Assembly (NCBI RefSeq): GCF_018977255.1
Contig: NW_024704743.1
Span: forward strand, 53,942,001 to 54,006,000
Reading direction: 5' to 3'
DNA length: 64,000 bases
Source: Callorhinchus milii
Lineage: Eukaryota
Shown here: piece by piece, positions 60,301 through 64,000 of the stretch
How the letters are laid out: every line of letters starts with the position of its first letter
Numbering within the stretch: the stretch's first letter is position 1
Program-made: the position numbers and the translations under genes
The notes under the pieces: model-generated
Database searches by the model: none
What the model was told of the DNA's origin: nothing
What the model saw: the letters and a program-made list of their open reading frames with translations, nothing else

Positions 60301-63142
60301 TGTGCATTTATATATTTAGAGGCAAATCTATATTCATTATGAACTTGAGTAGTTGAACAATTCAGTGAGTGAAACAAGATTTATATTTCCCACTCCAAAA
60401 TTACTCTTCCTGGGGTTGAGGAATGCTCCAATCACTTGCAGAGACCCACTATCCTATGCTGAATGCTGGTTATTTTATCAATGTTATAGTAATGAACTGG
60501 GAGGACAAATAGCTGTTTAACATTAAAAAGCTTAAGATCCAATAGCTCATGCGAGAACTTTTAAACTGAAGTTTTATGACTTTAAAAGTTCTTTTGAAAT
60601 TGGTTGCAGCACAAGCACGATTTACACTGCAGCCAACACATCTATTAGATGGCTGGAACAACCTCCAGAGGTGAGTGGGGTTGGTGGTCATAAATTAATC
60701 TATTTTAAACCTGATTGATACTGGATACTGCACATTTGGCATTGATTTGCTGGGAAGCCAGCTTTGAATCAAAGCTAACAATCGAATAGCAACACAACAT
60801 AAAATATAGGGGGGGAGAATTGATCACAAGAGAAGTTAGGATGAAGAACTTCTTTTGGTCCATTATATCACATCCTTCTTCCCATTAAGGCATCAGGTAT
60901 TTTCCTAAATGAGTCCAGTTCCATGGCCTCAACCACTCTTATGTTAAACCATTTCCAGATTACCCTCTGGATAAAATAATTATTCAGAAAGAGAGAAATT
61001 TGATAACTGCCACATGTAAAAGAAATAAGCAATAAATATTTTACATCGCGAATGCTGCACCCTAACTGACATTCTCCTTTAACTCCTACGAGGTCTGCTA
61101 TCACATTGTCCTCTCAATGTCCTCTGTTCTGCTTTATTTTACAACACATCACATCTAATGGTTGGTCTAATGAATCTTGTACACATGAAGCTAGTTTAAT
61201 TAATCAACAGATGCCCAGAAATCAATTAATATGAATTAAATGAGGTACACAAACACTAAGCAAGGCCATACATAATTTACCATAGCACTGCCATTAGATG
61301 TTTGGTATCTTTAGATAAAAGACAGGCATAATTGATTTGAGCTGTACACAGATAAATTATTGGAGATGCAGGTAATTGTACAAAAATGAAAGCATTGTTT
61401 AAAATGCGAAGTCTCCTCCTAGTTTTCCCCAAGCTTTCCCCATTGCCCTTTTGCTCAGTAGGAATCAGTCAACGTTTTACTTATAGGAATAGCTCAGAAA
61501 GCTCCCCACTTTCCATTCTTCAAAACCAGAAAAAGGTATTTTACTCTATCACTCTTTAACTCTGTGCATGTAAAACATCAGCAAAAGGCTTAGCCCTAGA
61601 GCACACTGCCGTGGTATAAATGAGAAAACATGAGCCATTTATTGATATATCTCACTCAAAAACAAGCAAAACTTTTATATAATGAAGCAAATCTATGCCA
61701 TGCAAGAGAAACCTTTGAGATGTACAACATTTGCTTTGTGCAGTTGTTAGTGTAACTTGAGTTCTGTAAAGATTGTTGTGCAACATTTTAATTCAACCCT
61801 CATCGAGGGGTATACCTTAGTAAATCAAAATGTTTGCACTGGAAATGCTACAGGTCCATATTTTCAGAACCAGTTGCTAACCTGTATCTGGTAGCATTAA
61901 ACTGCCCTGAGAACCTGCATCTCAAGGGGTAAAATAGCAGTTGTCATTAACTTAACAAAACAGCACAGCATGGAAGTCATAGTAAGTCAGAGAGCAGCTG
62001 GTAGTAATTCACACTGCTTTCACATAGTGATAATCGCCCCAGAACAGAACTCTTTGATGGCTGCTCTACCCTTCATTCACAATTTGTCCCTTCTGTTCGG
62101 ATAAGCTCAGTGGTGACAGCACTTCCTGACTTTAACAGCTGTGGCTTTTCAAAGGGTCATTGTGTGACTACTAATTATTGTAATTTCATTAGCATAAATT
62201 ATTTCATCCTGCCAATGATTGATCGCTATGATTTTTTTTCAACACCATCTACTTTGCATTTGTCTGTGAGTGCTGGGCAGTGATGTGTGCACCTAATGCC
62301 TGCACCTAATGCCTGCCCTTGTTTTATGTCAAAAGAGGTGCCAAAAGTTCTTTTGGGGGATTTGCAAGATGAAATCATAGACCTGAAAGGCTCAAGTTTC
62401 ATTTAAAGCAAATTCTCACTCGATTGCATTGTTCTTGGCACCAGGGGAATTTCAATCACATTTATTATCTATGAAAAGGTCTATACATGACCACCTATGA
62501 CCAGGTATTAGTTTATTCGATAGGTGAAAATTGTCAGCAAATTACCAAACAAATAGTTTAAATGAATGATAAACAGATTCTGTGTAACATTATCCAAAAA
62601 AAACACATAGGGTTTCATGTTTGTGTCCTTCCTTTTTTGTCCAAGTTGCACTTGAGCTGATCTGAGGTTCAAAGTATAGATATTTATAATCATACTGCAC
62701 AAAGATGGTCTGATTGGTGTGTTGTTGTTATTGCACAAAGCATTTGTAGCAAATGTACAACTTGGTGAGTGTTAAATACTGTGAAATGCTACCCTGTGTG
62801 AACAGCTCTGTATAAATGCAAGTTATTGTTATCTAAATTAAGCATTTTTGGATTGTTGATAAAAAATATCTTCAACACATCTCCCTTTGTATTTTTTTTA
62901 AATTCCATCAATTTGATATTATGTTCTATCTGATTTTCCTCAGTAAAATGAGAATACTGATGTGCATGTATGTGCGTGTAGCTGTGAGAGTTATGGAAAT
63001 GCTCACGGAATCTATTTTCATCTATTTTCATCCTTCTATTTTCCTTTTCTGTCATAATAAAATATTTCCATTTAATATAATGCCTCAGTAAAAAGATACC
63101 CATAAGTAATGATGTGTATTTTTAGGTTGCCTCATAGCTACA

Positions 63143-63852
63143 ACAATAATACTTGCATTTATAGTACCTTATCACGTCATCAAGACGTCTCAAAGTGCTG
63201 CACAGGATACATTGTAAAGTGGCGTGACTAGTTTATATTTTGTGGACAAACACGGCAGCTAATTTGTGCACAGCAATGTCCCACAAATAGTCGTAAGAGT
63301 GCAACCAATGTTATTTGGGGGATTGTTTGCCAGGGCACTGAGATAATAGTGCTATGAAACCTTTAATATCCACCTGAACTGTTGGAGTCCTGTAGCTCAG
63401 TGGTTACAGCACACGTCTCTCAAGCGATTCCCAGATTTGGTAAGTTTTCTTACTCCACACACCTAATAGTAATCCCTCAAGAAAAAAATCACTTCAATCC
63501 ATGACTGTTTGTGGGACACTGCTGTGCGCAATTGGCTGCAGGGTTTCACTTTACAGTATATTCAGTGAAGTGCTTTGAGACATGAAAAGCGCTATATCAA
63601 ATGCAAGGATTATTATTATTATAATTATTATTATATTATATGAACAGGCATATGGGACCCAACTTTAATGTCCCATCCGAAGAACATTTCATCCGAAGGA
63701 CAGCACCTCTGACACTGTCTGACAGCACACCCGCAGGACTAGATTGGTGTGTCAGCACAGACTATATAGGTTCCAAGTTTCGACGTGGCACTTGAACCCA
63801 CAACCTTCTGACTCAAAGGTGAGAGTGCTACCAACTGAGATAGGTTGTCACC
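63143..63852 (-). mobile_element. Deu-type SINE, family B (host of a nested family A SINE)
   Basis: Reverse-complement head near 63850, tail near 63145. Confidence 0.78.
63383..63640 (+). mobile_element. Family A SINE nested in a Deu-type SINE
   Basis: Head and (TTA)n tail; host sequence resumes on both sides. Confidence 0.82.
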
Positions 63853-64000
63853 TGCCGAAATATTACATAGCAGCAGAAGTAAGGGCTAAAAAAGTACTAT
63901 AACTGACCAAATATCAATCAATGAATTCCCCTATCAGTCAAGTTTGCTAAGATTTTATGATGCAAGTCTACTGTTTGCTAGTTTAAAATATTGTTGCAGC

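Noticed and set aside
58774..64000. Next upstream dynein exon (expected ..CFSPVG...IDWFH..)
   Set aside because: Not found by eye in this interval; it presumably lies beyond the window
1..64000. CRISPR arrays, prokaryotic operons, rRNA or hammerhead-type ribozymes
   Set aside because: No regularly spaced repeats or recognisable consensus cores seen; this is a eukaryotic intron-exon locus

Overview
Vertebrate genomic DNA; the repeat content (tRNA-headed and Deu-type SINEs, L2 and CR1 LINE fragments) suggests a cartilaginous fish, which is an inference. The minus strand carries the 3' third of an axonemal outer-arm dynein heavy chain gene, best called DNAH11. I assembled 27 phase-compatible coding exons from 58773 down to the TAG stop at 2722-2724 (4452 nt, 1483 aa plus stop), covering the stalk/microtubule-binding domain, AAA5, AAA6 and C-terminal domain. 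The gene continues past the right edge. One intron appears to use a GC donor (41553-41552). A short plus-strand terminal exon at 1625-1652 ((S)LQKQLTDD*) resembles the end of CDCA7L, the tail-to-tail neighbour of DNAH11, and the two 3' UTRs probably overlap. Introns are full of retroelements. The most notable non-coding items are an unidentified A-tailed repeat family with a conserved hairpin, a repeat-free candidate conserved enhancer near 61.2-62.8 kb, a 52-bp-arm CR1-derived foldback, templated duplications at the 5' junctions of two young L2 insertions, and a strong CTCF-like motif. I found no evidence of a wholly new gene system. Repeat boundaries are approximate and judged by eye.
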